Shown: positions 9,935 through 18,753, numbered from the stretch's first letter. The stretch is 64,000 nucleotides of DNA from an uncultured Candidatus Saccharibacteria bacterium (GCA_963528575.1 CAURUS010000001.1:108807-172806), one strand, 5' to 3'. A program made the numbers and translations. The notes: generated from the sequence alone by a model not told the origin.

Positions 9935-10011
9935 GGGGCGAAAGATGGGATTCGAACCCACGGCCTCCGGAGCCACAATCCAGCGCTCTAACCAACTGAG
10001 CTACTTCCGCC
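9934..10011 (-). tRNA. tRNA-His (anticodon GTG) with encoded G-1 and C73, CCA encoded
   Basis: G(-1)+GCGGAAG/CTTTCGC acceptor, loop TTGTGGC, T-arm GTGGG-TTCGAAT-CCCAT, discriminator C. Confidence 0.9.
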
Positions 10012-10215
10012 ATAATGAATACTACGAAATGTACTAGCAGAATCTTGTCAGTTGGTTAGAGCGAGCGCTATTTTTGATGCTCACGGCTGTCCAACTGAGC
10101 TACTTCCGCCATAATGAATACTACGAAATGTACTAGCAGAATCTTGTCAGTTGGTTAGAGCGAGCGCTATTTTTGATGCTCACGGCTGTCCAACTGAGCC
10201 ACTTCCGCCACATTA
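9992..10215 (-). repeat. 99-nt tandem repeat (2 identical copies plus a diverged partial third), each starting with the 5' 20 nt of tRNA-His
   Basis: Copies at 9992-10090 and 10091-10189 are identical by eye. The third starts at 10190 (gagcCac variant). Each spacer carries tcagttggttagagcg (10048-10063, 10147-10162), the reverse complement of D-arm 9984-9999. Confidence 0.9.
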
Positions 10216-10265
10216 CCCCCTTCTCGGGGTATTTATTACTATAGCAGACAGGCGCTTGATTGTCA

Positions 10266-11789
10266 CTATTCCCAAACGGTTTCGATATCTGCACCTAGCG
10301 AGTTCAGGCGGTTAGCAATATCTTCGTAGCCGCGATTGATATTGTAAACATCGCGCAGTACCGATTTGCCAGGCGCCGCCAACATCGCTAGCAAAATCAC
10401 CACGCTCGGACGCAGTGCGGCTGGCGCTGTGATATCAGCCGGCTTCCAGCGAGTCGGGCCAGAGATATAAACCCGGTGCGGATCGACCATATTTACTTGA
10501 GCATTCATTTTAGTTAGCTCAGTAAAGTAGATTGCTCGATTTTCGTAGCTCCAATCGTGGATCAACGTGCGGCCCTTGGCTACCGTGGCGCATAATCCTA
10601 AGAACGGTAGATTATCCATGTTGATACCCGGAAACGGCAGAGCATGAATCTTATCTTTCGGAGCATGTAATTCGGATTTTTTGAGCACGATATCAACTAG
10701 ACGAGTGCAACCATTGCGCGCCATGTACTCTTCGGAAATATCGTATTGCAGACCCATACCCGCCAAAGTCGCTAGCTCTAGCTCCATAAATTCAATCGGC
10801 ACGCGCCTGATAGTAATTTCTGAACCAGTCACGACACCAGCCGCCACGAAACTCATCGCTTCAATTGGGTCTTCGCTTGGGAAGTACTCGACGTCACAGT
10901 CAATTGATTTTTTGCCAGTAATCTTGAGAACAGTGGTACCGATGCCCTCTATTTTGACACCTAGCTTTTCTAGGAAGAAACAAACATCTTGCACCATATA
11001 GTTCGGGCTAGCATTGCGAATAATAGTCGTACCATCATAAAGCGCCGCCGCCATAACGACATTCTCGGTGACCGTATCGCCGCGCTCGGTCAAAATAATT
11101 GCTCGATCAACTCGCTGCGGTTTAGCCGTGGCAATATAGTTGTCATTGGCTGCTTCGACGCTCAAACCAAACGGTGCTAGACCCGCCATATGCGGTTCAA
11201 CCGTCCGCGTGCCTAGGCTGCAACCGCCAGCAAACGGTATATTGAACGTCTCGTATTGGTGCAATAGCGGACCCAAAAACATAATGATACTGCGCGTTCG
11301 CTTAGCGGCCTCGACATCCATACTGTCGAGCTGCAAGGCTTTCGGCGGATCAATCTCGAGGTCGTGCTCGCTAATCCAGCGGCATCGCACGCCTATACTT
11401 TCCAGAACCTCAATAATTCGATTAACTTCCTCAATCCGTGCTACCCGGCGCAGCGTCGTTTTGCCTTTGTTGAGTAGACTAGCGCATAGCAATCCAACAG
11501 CAGCGTTCTTGCTAGTTTTGATTTCAATTTCACCATGCAATTCCCGGCCGCCGTTGATACGAAAGTTAGTTTTGCCCGAGCTATTAATCCGTACTATTTC
11601 GCTTGACAGTACCTCGCCGATACGCGCGATCATTTCGAGACTGATATTCTGCTTGCCGTTCTCAATTCGATTAATTGCCGACTGGCTAGTGCCAAGCTCC
11701 TCTGCCAGTTCGTTTTGAGTCATATTGCGTGCTTGGCGCGTTTCTTGGATGAGCGCGCCAATATTTTTGAGATACTTCGCCGTTTTCAT
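10266..11789 (-). CDS. murA: XRE-family HTH domain fused to UDP-N-acetylglucosamine 1-carboxyvinyltransferase (MurA)
   Basis: N-term NMTQNELAEELGTSQSAINRIENGKQNISLEMIARI (HTH_3). Then the MurA fold: KTSKNAAVGLLCASLL..., catalytic Cys loop FAGGCSLGTRTVEPH. Start set at ATG 11789, immediately downstream of a consensus promoter. Confidence 0.85.
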   Translation of the reverse strand: MKTAKYLKNIGALIQETRQARNMTQNELAEELGTSQSAINRIENGKQNISLEMIARIGEVLSSEIVRINSSGKTNFRINGGRELHGEIEIKTSKNAAVGLLCASLLNKGKTTLRRVARIEEVNRIIEVLESIGVRCRWISEHDLEIDPPKALQLDSMDVEAAKRTRSIIMFLGPLLHQYETFNIPFAGGCSLGTRTVEPHMAGLAPFGLSVEAANDNYIATAKPQRVDRAIILTERGDTVTENVVMAAALYDGTTIIRNASPNYMVQDVCFFLEKLGVKIEGIGTTVLKITGKKSIDCDVEYFPSEDPIEAMSFVAAGVVTGSEITIRRVPIEFMELELATLAGMGLQYDISEEYMARNGCTRLVDIVLKKSELHAPKDKIHALPFPGINMDNLPFLGLCATVAKGRTLIHDWSYENRAIYFTELTKMNAQVNMVDPHRVYISGPTRWKPADITAPAALRPSVVILLAMLAAPGKSVLRDVYNINRGYEDIANRLNSLGADIETVWE

Positions 11790-11795
11790 GTCACC

Positions 11796-11824
11796 ATAAT
11801 ATACCTGATATGATATATTGTCAA
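11796..11824 (-). promoter_or_regulatory. Sigma70-type promoter TTGACA-17-TATTAT, 6 nt before the ATG (leaderless)
   Basis: Minus strand TTGACA (11824-11819), 17-nt spacer, TATTAT (11801-11796), GGTGAC, ATG 11789. Confidence 0.65.
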
Positions 11825-11912
11825 GAAATTTAATCGCGACCAACTCTATTTCAAAACGTTACAGTAAATGATTATAAGTGCTAAAATATAGATAAGAAAA
11901 AGGAGGATAATC

Positions 11913-13175
11913 ATGACAGACATCGCAGTTGCTGATTGCATCGCCGGCGAAGAAGAGCGCCAGCGCAACGGTTTGGAACTAATACCAAGCGAAAATTACG
12001 TCAGCAAAAACGTTCGCGAAGCGCTTGGCAGCGTTTTTACCAATAAATACAGCGAGGGCTACCCCGGTCGACGCTACTACGGCGGCCAAGAATTCACCGA
12101 CCGCGTCGAACAGCTAGCCATCGACCGCGCCAAAAAATTATTCCGCGCTGACCACGCCAATGTCCAGCCTCACAGCGGTGCGCCAGCTAATGAAGCAGTT
12201 TACAGTGCTTGGTGCCAGCCGGGCGACACTATCTTGGCGATGGACTTGAGCCATGGCGGGCACCTGACGCACGGCTCGCCTGTCACCCGCAGCGCTAACT
12301 TATACAACTTCGTCCCGTACAAAATGAAAAATATCGAAACTGGCGAAATTGATTACGAAGAGATTCGCCGCTTAGCACATGAGCATCAGCCGCGGATTAT
12401 TTTGGCTGGTTTCAGCGCCTACCCGCGCGAACTGGATTGGGCTAAATTTGCCGAAATCGGCCGCGAAATAAATAACTGTCTGCTGATGGCTGATGTAGCA
12501 CATATTGCTGGATTGATCGCTGGCGGCGTAGCCAAGAATCCGCTTGATTACGGCTTTCACGTCATGACTACCACCACCCACAAGACACTGCGCGGTCCTC
12601 GCGGCGGTTTAATACTCAGTATGGGCAAGGTGACTAGTCCGCTCAAAAAACCCGCCAAAACGCTTGAGAACATCCCCACGCTGATAGATCGAGCGGTATT
12701 TCCGGGTATGCAGGGCGGCCCGCATATGAACACCATCGCCGCCAAAGCGGTAGCTTTCGGCGAGGCGCTGCAGCCCGAGTTCCGCGACTACGCGAAAAAT
12801 ATCGTCGCTAACGCCGCACGGCTAGCCGAAGAACTGCAAAAACGCGGCTTCCAATTAGTGACTGGCGGCACCAGCAATCACTTGATATTAGCCGACATCA
12901 ACAAGAGTTTTGGTATCGATGGCAAAACTGCCGAGATCGCTATCGATAAGATCGGTCTAACACTAAACGCCAACGCCGTACCCGACGACCCGCTACCGAT
13001 GTTCCGGCCTAGCGGCATCCGCCTAGGCACGCCCGCTATCACCACCCGCGGCTGCCAACCCGACGACATGTCGCGAATCGCTGAGTGGATCAAGCAAGCG
13101 ATTGACGCTCGTGAGGACGAGGGGAAATTAGGAGTTTTGCGCGAGGAAGTAAGGAAGTTTTGTAGAGAATTATAG
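11913..13175 (+). CDS. glyA: Serine hydroxymethyltransferase
   Basis: 420 aa, ...LIPSENY...[14 protein letters not shown]...; AAAGGAGG RBS 8 nt upstream. Confidence 0.95.
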   Translation: MTDIAVADCIAGEEERQRNGLELIPSENYVSKNVREALGSVFTNKYSEGYPGRRYYGGQEFTDRVEQLAIDRAKKLFRADHANVQPHSGAPANEAVYSAWCQPGDTILAMDLSHGGHLTHGSPVTRSANLYNFVPYKMKNIETGEIDYEEIRRLAHEHQPRIILAGFSAYPRELDWAKFAEIGREINNCLLMADVAHIAGLIAGGVAKNPLDYGFHVMTTTTHKTLRGPRGGLILSMGKVTSPLKKPAKTLENIPTLIDRAVFPGMQGGPHMNTIAAKAVAFGEALQPEFRDYAKNIVANAARLAEELQKRGFQLVTGGTSNHLILADINKSFGIDGKTAEIAIDKIGLTLNANAVPDDPLPMFRPSGIRLGTPAITTRGCQPDDMSRIAEWIKQAIDAREDEGKLGVLREEVRKFCREL

Positions 13176-13206
13176 CCATCATTAGTATAACTTTAAGTCT
13201 GTTACA

Positions 13207-13246
13207 ATAGAAACGTCCTGATACACACCAGGACGTTTCTATTTTC
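13207..13246. terminator. Bidirectional intrinsic terminator
   Basis: atagaaacgtcctg-atacaca-ccaggacgtttctat followed by tttc, between glyA and the convergent pilin gene. Confidence 0.6.
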
Positions 13247-13267
13247 AACTGAATCTTCTATAGTTAT

Positions 13268-13726
13268 TTAACAGCCAGAACCAATCTTTCGCTCTCTTGC
13301 CTTGCTCGCTGTGTAGTCATAGTAAGTGATTTTTGCGCCAGTGGCGGGACTACCACAAGTCGCATAGTTCAAGACGTTCTCTTTGCTTGGCTTATTCGCA
13401 TCAGTAATAGCAGTACTGCTTACTGTCAATGCATTGGTATCCACGTGCCAAGGTTTACTAGCATTAGCCGGGTCAACCATTTTACCTGGAGTAGTCGACG
13501 AAGAATCTAGGTCGGCAGGTTTTGGATAGTCGCTCTCATTTGTGAAATAAATCTGAACCTTATCAGCCAGCGTCTTCGCGCTTGATTCTGCAGTTGTTGT
13601 ACGTGCCTGGTTCTGAATACCATTATAAGCAATCAATGAAATCACCGTCAAAATCGCGATGATGACGATCACAATCAAGAGCTCAACAAGGGTGAAACCT
13701 CGGTTTTTAAGTTGTTTTGTTGTCAC
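13268..13726 (-). CDS. Type IV pilin (PilA/PilE-like), prepilin leader MTTKQLKNRG|FTLVELL
   Basis: Class III signal G|FTLVELLIVIVIIAIL with Glu+5. C-terminal Cys pair (ATCGSP...GSGC). GTG start at 13726 preceded by an AGGGGG RBS. The track ORF extends to TTG 13798. Confidence 0.8.
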   Translation of the reverse strand: MTTKQLKNRGFTLVELLIVIVIIAILTVISLIAYNGIQNQARTTTAESSAKTLADKVQIYFTNESDYPKPADLDSSSTTPGKMVDPANASKPWHVDTNALTVSSTAITDANKPSKENVLNYATCGSPATGAKITYYDYTASKARERKIGSGC

Positions 13727-13806
13727 AGTAATGTGCCCCCTATTTATTATGTTAGTTAATTGTAATTTGATAATACTACACCGATAACGAAAGCGCAAGT
13801 GGTTTT

Positions 13807-15570
13807 TTAATAGATGTAGCGGTTCTGCGTCGGGCGCAAGAATAATGATTCGGTTGGTGCGCGGGCATCAATATGGGTACCGTCACCAATCTGCCCGGCG
13901 TCATTCAGACCCCAGCAATACGAGTGTCCGTTTTCTACCACCGCGCATCCACGGTTAGCACCGGCAGCTAGATCAATTATCCGTTGCCCCGCCGGAATCC
14001 CGCCTGGGCCAACCAATATCTCTATCGGTTTTACCGATCGATTGTTAGGAAGCGCGCCAGGAGCAAGATTTGCCCCCAAATGACCATAAGCATTAGTCCC
14101 CCAGCAGAACACTCTACCGCTATTCATAAGCATGCATGAATGCCAAATGCCCACTTCAACCTTCTTCACTTTATCTGACGGCGACAAGCCTGCTGGCCGA
14201 TCAACCTTGACTGGAGTAGCCTTTTTGGCAATATAGCCGATATGCGCCATACCTAATTGCCCAGCGCGACCATTACCCCAGCAGTATGCCTCGCCGTTAG
14301 CAGCAGCACATACGTGAGTAAACCTGTCTGCCTCGCCGCTTTGAGCCAAATATCCATCCTGTGATATATTTGTAACATTAGTCAAACCAGAAACTTTCAT
14401 AGGACTATAAACTGGCTGAGTGGCAGGGCTAGCAGATGTATTATTGCCAATCTGACCAACATTATTCTGGCCCCAGCAATAAGCAAAGCCATTGGCGATA
14501 GCGCACATATTCATAGACCGCGTACCACTGGTCGCTAGCGCAGTTGCCGTATAATTATTCGGCAGACCGCCAGAAACACCTGCTCTAACTAAAGTCGGCC
14601 ATGGGCGCACCTTTGTTTTGTCACCAGTACCAGTCACACCGTGATAACCCTCGCCCCAGCAATATATTTTGCCGCCAGCAATGGCGCACGAAGTATTATA
14701 TGAACCGCCGATGCTAGTTACTGTTTTACCAGCCAGCGCCCCCTTAACCTCAATAGGAACATTTGAATGTTCTTCGTCGCCGGATCGTCCATTACCAAGC
14801 TGACCAGTACCATTGTAGCCCCAGCAATAAACTTTACCTTCAGCTAGAGCGCAGCTATGATACTGAGCGGTAAATAAGTCATCAATTCTCTTACCGTAGA
14901 GAACTCCTGTTTGTTTAACTACTTTGACTGGTATATCGGAATCGACGCTAAGCGCAGCTTTTGCTGGATTGCCTGGATTATGACCAACAGACCTCCCGTT
15001 GCCCAACTGGCCATAACGATTCCTGCCCCAGCACCAAATACTATTGGATAGAATACCGCACGTTCGATAAGTACCGCTAGAAGACTTCGTAGCAACCAGA
15101 CCGGGACGAGTGATAAGCTTTTTAACCGAAACAGTGTACTCTCGCAAAACCATACCGCCAGAGTCCACAAGCTGCGTTTTGCCAACAGCCGAGACATCCG
15201 AATGATGATCATCATGAAAATTAAGGTCGCCAACGGTGAAAATTGTACGGATCGAACCTTCGCTCATAACGTATTTGTTGGTCGGGATCTTGCCGTCTTG
15301 ACCTTTGCAGTCGCTGCTTGGCGTCAGATACAAGCCAGCAGCTCCAGCAACATGACCCCATGTTTGTTTCCAGTTGTTTATATCTAGACACGCATTAGCT
15401 GCCGCCGTCCCCGATTCGCCAGCTTCTTGAGCCAGCTTATAATAATACTCCTCGCGAGAATAAATATACGAACGCGTAGTAACGCGATATGCAGCTGCTA
15501 GCACCGCCAATATAAATGTTGTCATTATAATCATTACTGCTAGAGAATAGCCCTTATCAAAGCGAATCAT
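13807..15570 (-). CDS. PilX-like N-terminal anchor fused to a 7-blade RCC1-repeat beta-propeller
   Basis: N-term DKG|YSLAVMIIMTTFILAV (no Glu+5). Seven CWG-x4-GQLG repeats: CWGRNRYGQLGNG, CWGYNGTGQLGNG, CWGEGYHGVTGTG, CWGQNNVGQIGNN, CWGNGRAGQLG, CWGTNAYGHLG, CWGLNDAGQIGDG. Confidence 0.8.
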   Translation of the reverse strand: MIRFDKGYSLAVMIIMTTFILAVLAAAYRVTTRSYIYSREEYYYKLAQEAGESGTAAANACLDINNWKQTWGHVAGAAGLYLTPSSDCKGQDGKIPTNKYVMSEGSIRTIFTVGDLNFHDDHHSDVSAVGKTQLVDSGGMVLREYTVSVKKLITRPGLVATKSSSGTYRTCGILSNSIWCWGRNRYGQLGNGRSVGHNPGNPAKAALSVDSDIPVKVVKQTGVLYGKRIDDLFTAQYHSCALAEGKVYCWGYNGTGQLGNGRSGDEEHSNVPIEVKGALAGKTVTSIGGSYNTSCAIAGGKIYCWGEGYHGVTGTGDKTKVRPWPTLVRAGVSGGLPNNYTATALATSGTRSMNMCAIANGFAYCWGQNNVGQIGNNTSASPATQPVYSPMKVSGLTNVTNISQDGYLAQSGEADRFTHVCAAANGEAYCWGNGRAGQLGMAHIGYIAKKATPVKVDRPAGLSPSDKVKKVEVGIWHSCMLMNSGRVFCWGTNAYGHLGANLAPGALPNNRSVKPIEILVGPGGIPAGQRIIDLAAGANRGCAVVENGHSYCWGLNDAGQIGDGTHIDARAPTESLFLRPTQNRYIY

Positions 15571-16460
15571 TCCTCATTTCCTTTCCGAACAGTTAATGAC
15601 TGAGATATTTTAGACACTCCCCCCACAGGAGGACTAATTGTTATATCAATTTTAACCTTGTTAGCATTTTCAAACATATGGTCGGAACTGTGAGCAGCAT
15701 CGTACTGGTTGGCTATTGGCGTATCATCCTTAAAATATTGAACATCAAATGCCGAAACGTTGCGAGCAATTGTTTCGTCGCGATAAAGCGATCGCCCTGG
15801 CGTTGCACTGCCAGTAAATTCGGATGACTGCGGAGGTATGGATTGTACTGCTATCTTGCGCCAAAATTCGTTATTTTCATCGCCGGTACCACATATAGCA
15901 GAAGCATTAACACCAAGGGCTTTGTATCTTTCGCTTTTTATATCATCAAATATAACCCTTCGATACAATGTATTGTCCCGCATGAAGTAGACCACCATCT
16001 GTCTGTATTTTGGCTGGAGACGTCTTTCTGTACTGCAATTAAACCTTTTTGTTGCAGCATAAACTACCTCGCGAGAGCCTGCCCCGCGCCGCAAATTAGT
16101 CGCATATTGTATCAGGAGTAAGGCCCGCCTATTACCACCTCCGCCAAAATATTTCCAAGTTTGCAGAGTAGGTGCAGGATTACTTACAGCGCTATATCCG
16201 TATCGATCAAGCATATTCATATCACCCCTTCTAGAAGTAGAAGCAATCTCGACTGAAGCCAAAACATCCATTTCGATAGCGTCCATCGTCACGTGCATGT
16301 CACGCGTCATTGAAGCAAGCGCATCTGCTGCTATAGCTTGACGGTAAGATGCTGATATAATACCGCCAAATACTACAACCACTATAAACATAACAAACGT
16401 CGTCACCATTAGCTCTACGATAGTGAATCCAGATTGGTTAGAATGCCGCATATGCAACAT
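15567..16460 (-). CDS. Minor pilin (PilW-like), prepilin N-terminal methylation motif
   Basis: NQSG|FTIVELMVTTFVMFIVVVV. ATGA overlap with the downstream RCC1 gene. Confidence 0.7.
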   Translation of the reverse strand: MLHMRHSNQSGFTIVELMVTTFVMFIVVVVFGGIISASYRQAIAADALASMTRDMHVTMDAIEMDVLASVEIASTSRRGDMNMLDRYGYSAVSNPAPTLQTWKYFGGGGNRRALLLIQYATNLRRGAGSREVVYAATKRFNCSTERRLQPKYRQMVVYFMRDNTLYRRVIFDDIKSERYKALGVNASAICGTGDENNEFWRKIAVQSIPPQSSEFTGSATPGRSLYRDETIARNVSAFDVQYFKDDTPIANQYDAAHSSDHMFENANKVKIDITISPPVGGVSKISQSLTVRKGNEE

Positions 16461-16866
16461 GAGTTACCCTCTTACCATTACCATATGTTACTACAGACTC
16501 AACACGAATCGGCATACCCAAACTGCTGACGGTGTCGCCGCAACCATACGGCGCCGATGCCACAACTTTTTGCTTGGTATTTCCGGGCAACTCGCTAATA
16601 TGCCCTTCTGAATCAAGCAATACTTGCTGCACAGCGCCTGGCAGCGGATCGGTACACAAAAACCACGTTGGCGGAGCTCCGTTGACATATTTACGCATAT
16701 TATCGTAGGCTAGATAGCTAGCTTTTTGCTCTTGGCGATTGATGATCGAGAGTATGCTAACCTGAGTATGCATTGTTAGTATGCCAAGCGATATTATCGA
16801 AATAAATAACAGTGTAACTACCACCTCAACGATTGTAAAACCTTCGTCCGTTCTCACCTTGACCAT
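16438..16866 (-). CDS. Minor pilin (PilV-like)
   Basis: MVKVRTDEG|FTIVEVVVTLLFISII. Overlaps both neighbours. Confidence 0.7.
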   Translation of the reverse strand: MVKVRTDEGFTIVEVVVTLLFISIISLGILTMHTQVSILSIINRQEQKASYLAYDNMRKYVNGAPPTWFLCTDPLPGAVQQVLLDSEGHISELPGNTKQKVVASAPYGCGDTVSSLGMPIRVESVVTYGNGKRVTHVAYAAF

Positions 16867-17369
16867 ATGCTGTTCACCTGATAAAGCGCATTATCTGATT
16901 CGCTATAGTAATATATTCTGAAACCGACGCAAACATCCTTACCCGAAGCGCCGTAAATTTTATCGCAGTCGGATCTCTCTCTGTCTTGAGCACAATACCT
17001 ATAGAGCATTTTCTGCTCGTCCGTCCAGCCCCAGCTGGCTGGTATCGGGCCAGCCGCCGGGCAGCCCTTGACTAGTCTATTACCAGAACGGGAGGGATCT
17101 TGCACAACTGTAGTGTCACTAAAATATTTGCCTATATCAGCTAACAGCGCGTTGCCAGTTGGGTACTCATGCCCCCTGGAAGTAGTGTTGTATTTATAAT
17201 AACGTTCAAGATCTAGAGCCATGGCTTCAGCGCGAGCTCTACGGGTTGCATCGCGACCTTTCGCCGTCAAGCCATTGAGCGTAGTCATAGCAATTATCAG
17301 CAGCACGCCGATGACGGTAACTGCAATAACCACTTCAACTATAGTAAACCCGCCCTCTTTACGCTTCAT
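16854..17369 (-). CDS. Minor pilin / pseudopilin (FimT/GspH-like)
   Basis: MKRKEGG|FTIVEVVIAVTVIGVLLII. First gene of the pilin operon. Confidence 0.7.
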   Translation of the reverse strand: MKRKEGGFTIVEVVIAVTVIGVLLIIAMTTLNGLTAKGRDATRRARAEAMALDLERYYKYNTTSRGHEYPTGNALLADIGKYFSDTTVVQDPSRSGNRLVKGCPAAGPIPASWGWTDEQKMLYRYCAQDRERSDCDKIYGASGKDVCVGFRIYYYSESDNALYQVNSIWSR

Positions 17370-17401
17370 GACTTAATTGTAGCGCACAATTTATAAAATG
17401 G

Positions 17402-18445
17402 CTATGCTTTTTCTGAGTTTTTACCAGGTATCTCTAACGGCTCTTGCTCAATGGTGATACCAAATTTTTGGTAAACGGTGTCAATAATTTTTTGGCGAGC
17501 TTGCGCTAGATTTTCATAGCTCTGTGCCGACTCATTGATAAGGACTAGCGCGTTTTTGTCGTGAACGCGCATACCATAATGAAGCGTACCTTTGAGCCCG
17601 CATTGATCAATTAGCCAGCCAGTTGGAATTTTGTATGTATCATGCGACATATCATAATGCGGGACATCAGGATACTTCCGCTGCAATTTAGATAATTTAT
17701 CAGCCGAAACAATAGCGTTCTTGAAGAACGAACCAGTGTTTGGGCGGACTTTCGGGTCGGGCAACTTATCAAAGCGAATCTTCATCACAACTTCGCGTAA
17801 TGTTTGCGGTGAATAATCGTGAATATTGTGCTCGTCTAAATAACGCTGAATCGCTGCATAAAACGGCGGTTTAGATTGATACCGCGACAAGTTAAACGTT
17901 ACTGATGTTATAATATAGCGCCCCGCCCAACGACCGCGAAAAATACTATGACGATACGCAAAGTCACACTCAGCATTGCTAATAGTTACAAATTGGTTAT
18001 CGCGCGTATCGTAGGCATTGACCGAGACAATCGTCGAAGCAGCCTCTTGTCCATAAGCGCCAATATTCTGTACAGGCGCCGCACCGACCGTACCAGGAAT
18101 CGCCGACAAGCATTCCACGCCGCTGAGATTCATCTCGACCGTCCGCCGTACGAAGTCATCCCAAACCTCGCCAGCACCAGCTACAATCGTCACCAAATCG
18201 TCAGTTTCGTCAACAACTTCAAAACCTGGGATGCGATTGAGTATAATAAGTCCGTCGAAGCCCTCGTCATGCGCTAACGTATTACTGCCGCCACCGAGAA
18301 CGTATATATCCAGATTGTGCTCATGAGCATAGCGTACTGCTTCGGCGATATCGGCGCGAGTTCTAGCCTCGACAACTTGCCGAGCCACGCCGCCGAGCTG
18401 CATAGTTGTAAGCTTTTTGAGAGAGATGTCCTGCTGTATGTTCAT
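17402..18445 (-). CDS. murB: UDP-N-acetylenolpyruvoylglucosamine reductase
   Basis: MNIQQDISLKKLTTMQLGGVA...YVLGGGSNTL... The track ORF start (18559) runs into tRNA-Arg, so it is trimmed to ATG 18445. Confidence 0.9.
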   Translation of the reverse strand: MNIQQDISLKKLTTMQLGGVARQVVEARTRADIAEAVRYAHEHNLDIYVLGGGSNTLAHDEGFDGLIILNRIPGFEVVDETDDLVTIVAGAGEVWDDFVRRTVEMNLSGVECLSAIPGTVGAAPVQNIGAYGQEAASTIVSVNAYDTRDNQFVTISNAECDFAYRHSIFRGRWAGRYIITSVTFNLSRYQSKPPFYAAIQRYLDEHNIHDYSPQTLREVVMKIRFDKLPDPKVRPNTGSFFKNAIVSADKLSKLQRKYPDVPHYDMSHDTYKIPTGWLIDQCGLKGTLHYGMRVHDKNALVLINESAQSYENLAQARQKIIDTVYQKFGITIEQEPLEIPGKNSEKA

Positions 18446-18481
18446 AGTTTGATTATACAATATGTGATATAATTGCGATAG

Positions 18482-18558
18482 GCGCCCGTAGCTCAGCGGA
18501 TTAGAGTACTTGGCTTCGAACCAAGGGGTCGCAGGTTCGAATCCTGCCGGGCGTACCA
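18482..18558 (+). tRNA. tRNA-Arg (anticodon TCG), CCA encoded
   Basis: GCGCCCG/CGGGCGT acceptor (G1.U72), arm CTTGG-CTTCGAA-CCAAG. TGaTATAAT ends 8 nt before the mature 5' end. Confidence 0.9.
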
Positions 18559-18563
18559 AATGT

Positions 18564-18640
18564 GCCCCGTTAGCTCAACTGGATAGAGCGTTGGTTTCCG
18601 GTACCAAAGGTTGCAGGTTCGATTCCTGTGCGGGGTACCA
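18564..18640 (+). tRNA. tRNA-Arg (anticodon CCG), CCA encoded
   Basis: GCCCCGT/GCGGGGT acceptor, arm TTGGT-TTCCGGT-ACCAA, T-arm GCAGG-TTCGATT-CCTGT. Confidence 0.9.
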
Positions 18641-18643
18641 AAG

Positions 18644-18673
18644 ATAGCAGCAATGACAGCTGTCTATTTTTTT
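18644..18673 (+). terminator. Intrinsic terminator after the tRNA-Arg pair
   Basis: ATAGCAGC-aatgaca-GCTGTCTAT (one bulge) followed by TTTTTT. Confidence 0.55.
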
Positions 18674-18696
18674 AATTTGATCAATCAATTCGTTAT

Positions 18697-18725
18697 TTGA
18701 CTTTCCATATCGCCTATGCTTAAAT
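18697..18725 (+). promoter_or_regulatory. Promoter TTGACT-17-TTAAAT for the surface-protein gene
   Basis: TTGACT 18697-18702, 17-nt spacer, TTAAAT 18720-18725. GAGGAGAGG RBS and ATG 18754 lie downstream. Confidence 0.5.
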
Positions 18726-18753
18726 TGAAGTATTGTATTCTGAGGAGAGGAAT

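Noticed and set aside
9540-10037. 165-aa and 86-aa ORFs (9540..10037 +, 9640..9900 -) overlapping the 9452 gene and tRNA-His
   Set aside because: They are alternative frames of a low-complexity region and run through a terminator and a tRNA gene. No independent signals support them.
9992-10215. Regularly spaced repeats that could be mistaken for a CRISPR array
   Set aside because: The whole 99-nt units, including the would-be spacers, are identical. The repeated core is the 5' end of tRNA-His. No cas genes or unique spacers are present.
17402-18559. Longest-ORF starts for murB (18559), the 9335 ORF, the 30130 ORF, the 5992 ORF and the 31498 ORF
   Set aside because: The extensions run through tRNA genes, terminators or promoters (e.g. 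MVRPAGFEPATPW is the tRNA-Arg sequence translated). Internal ATGs match homolog N-termini and sit just after -10 boxes.
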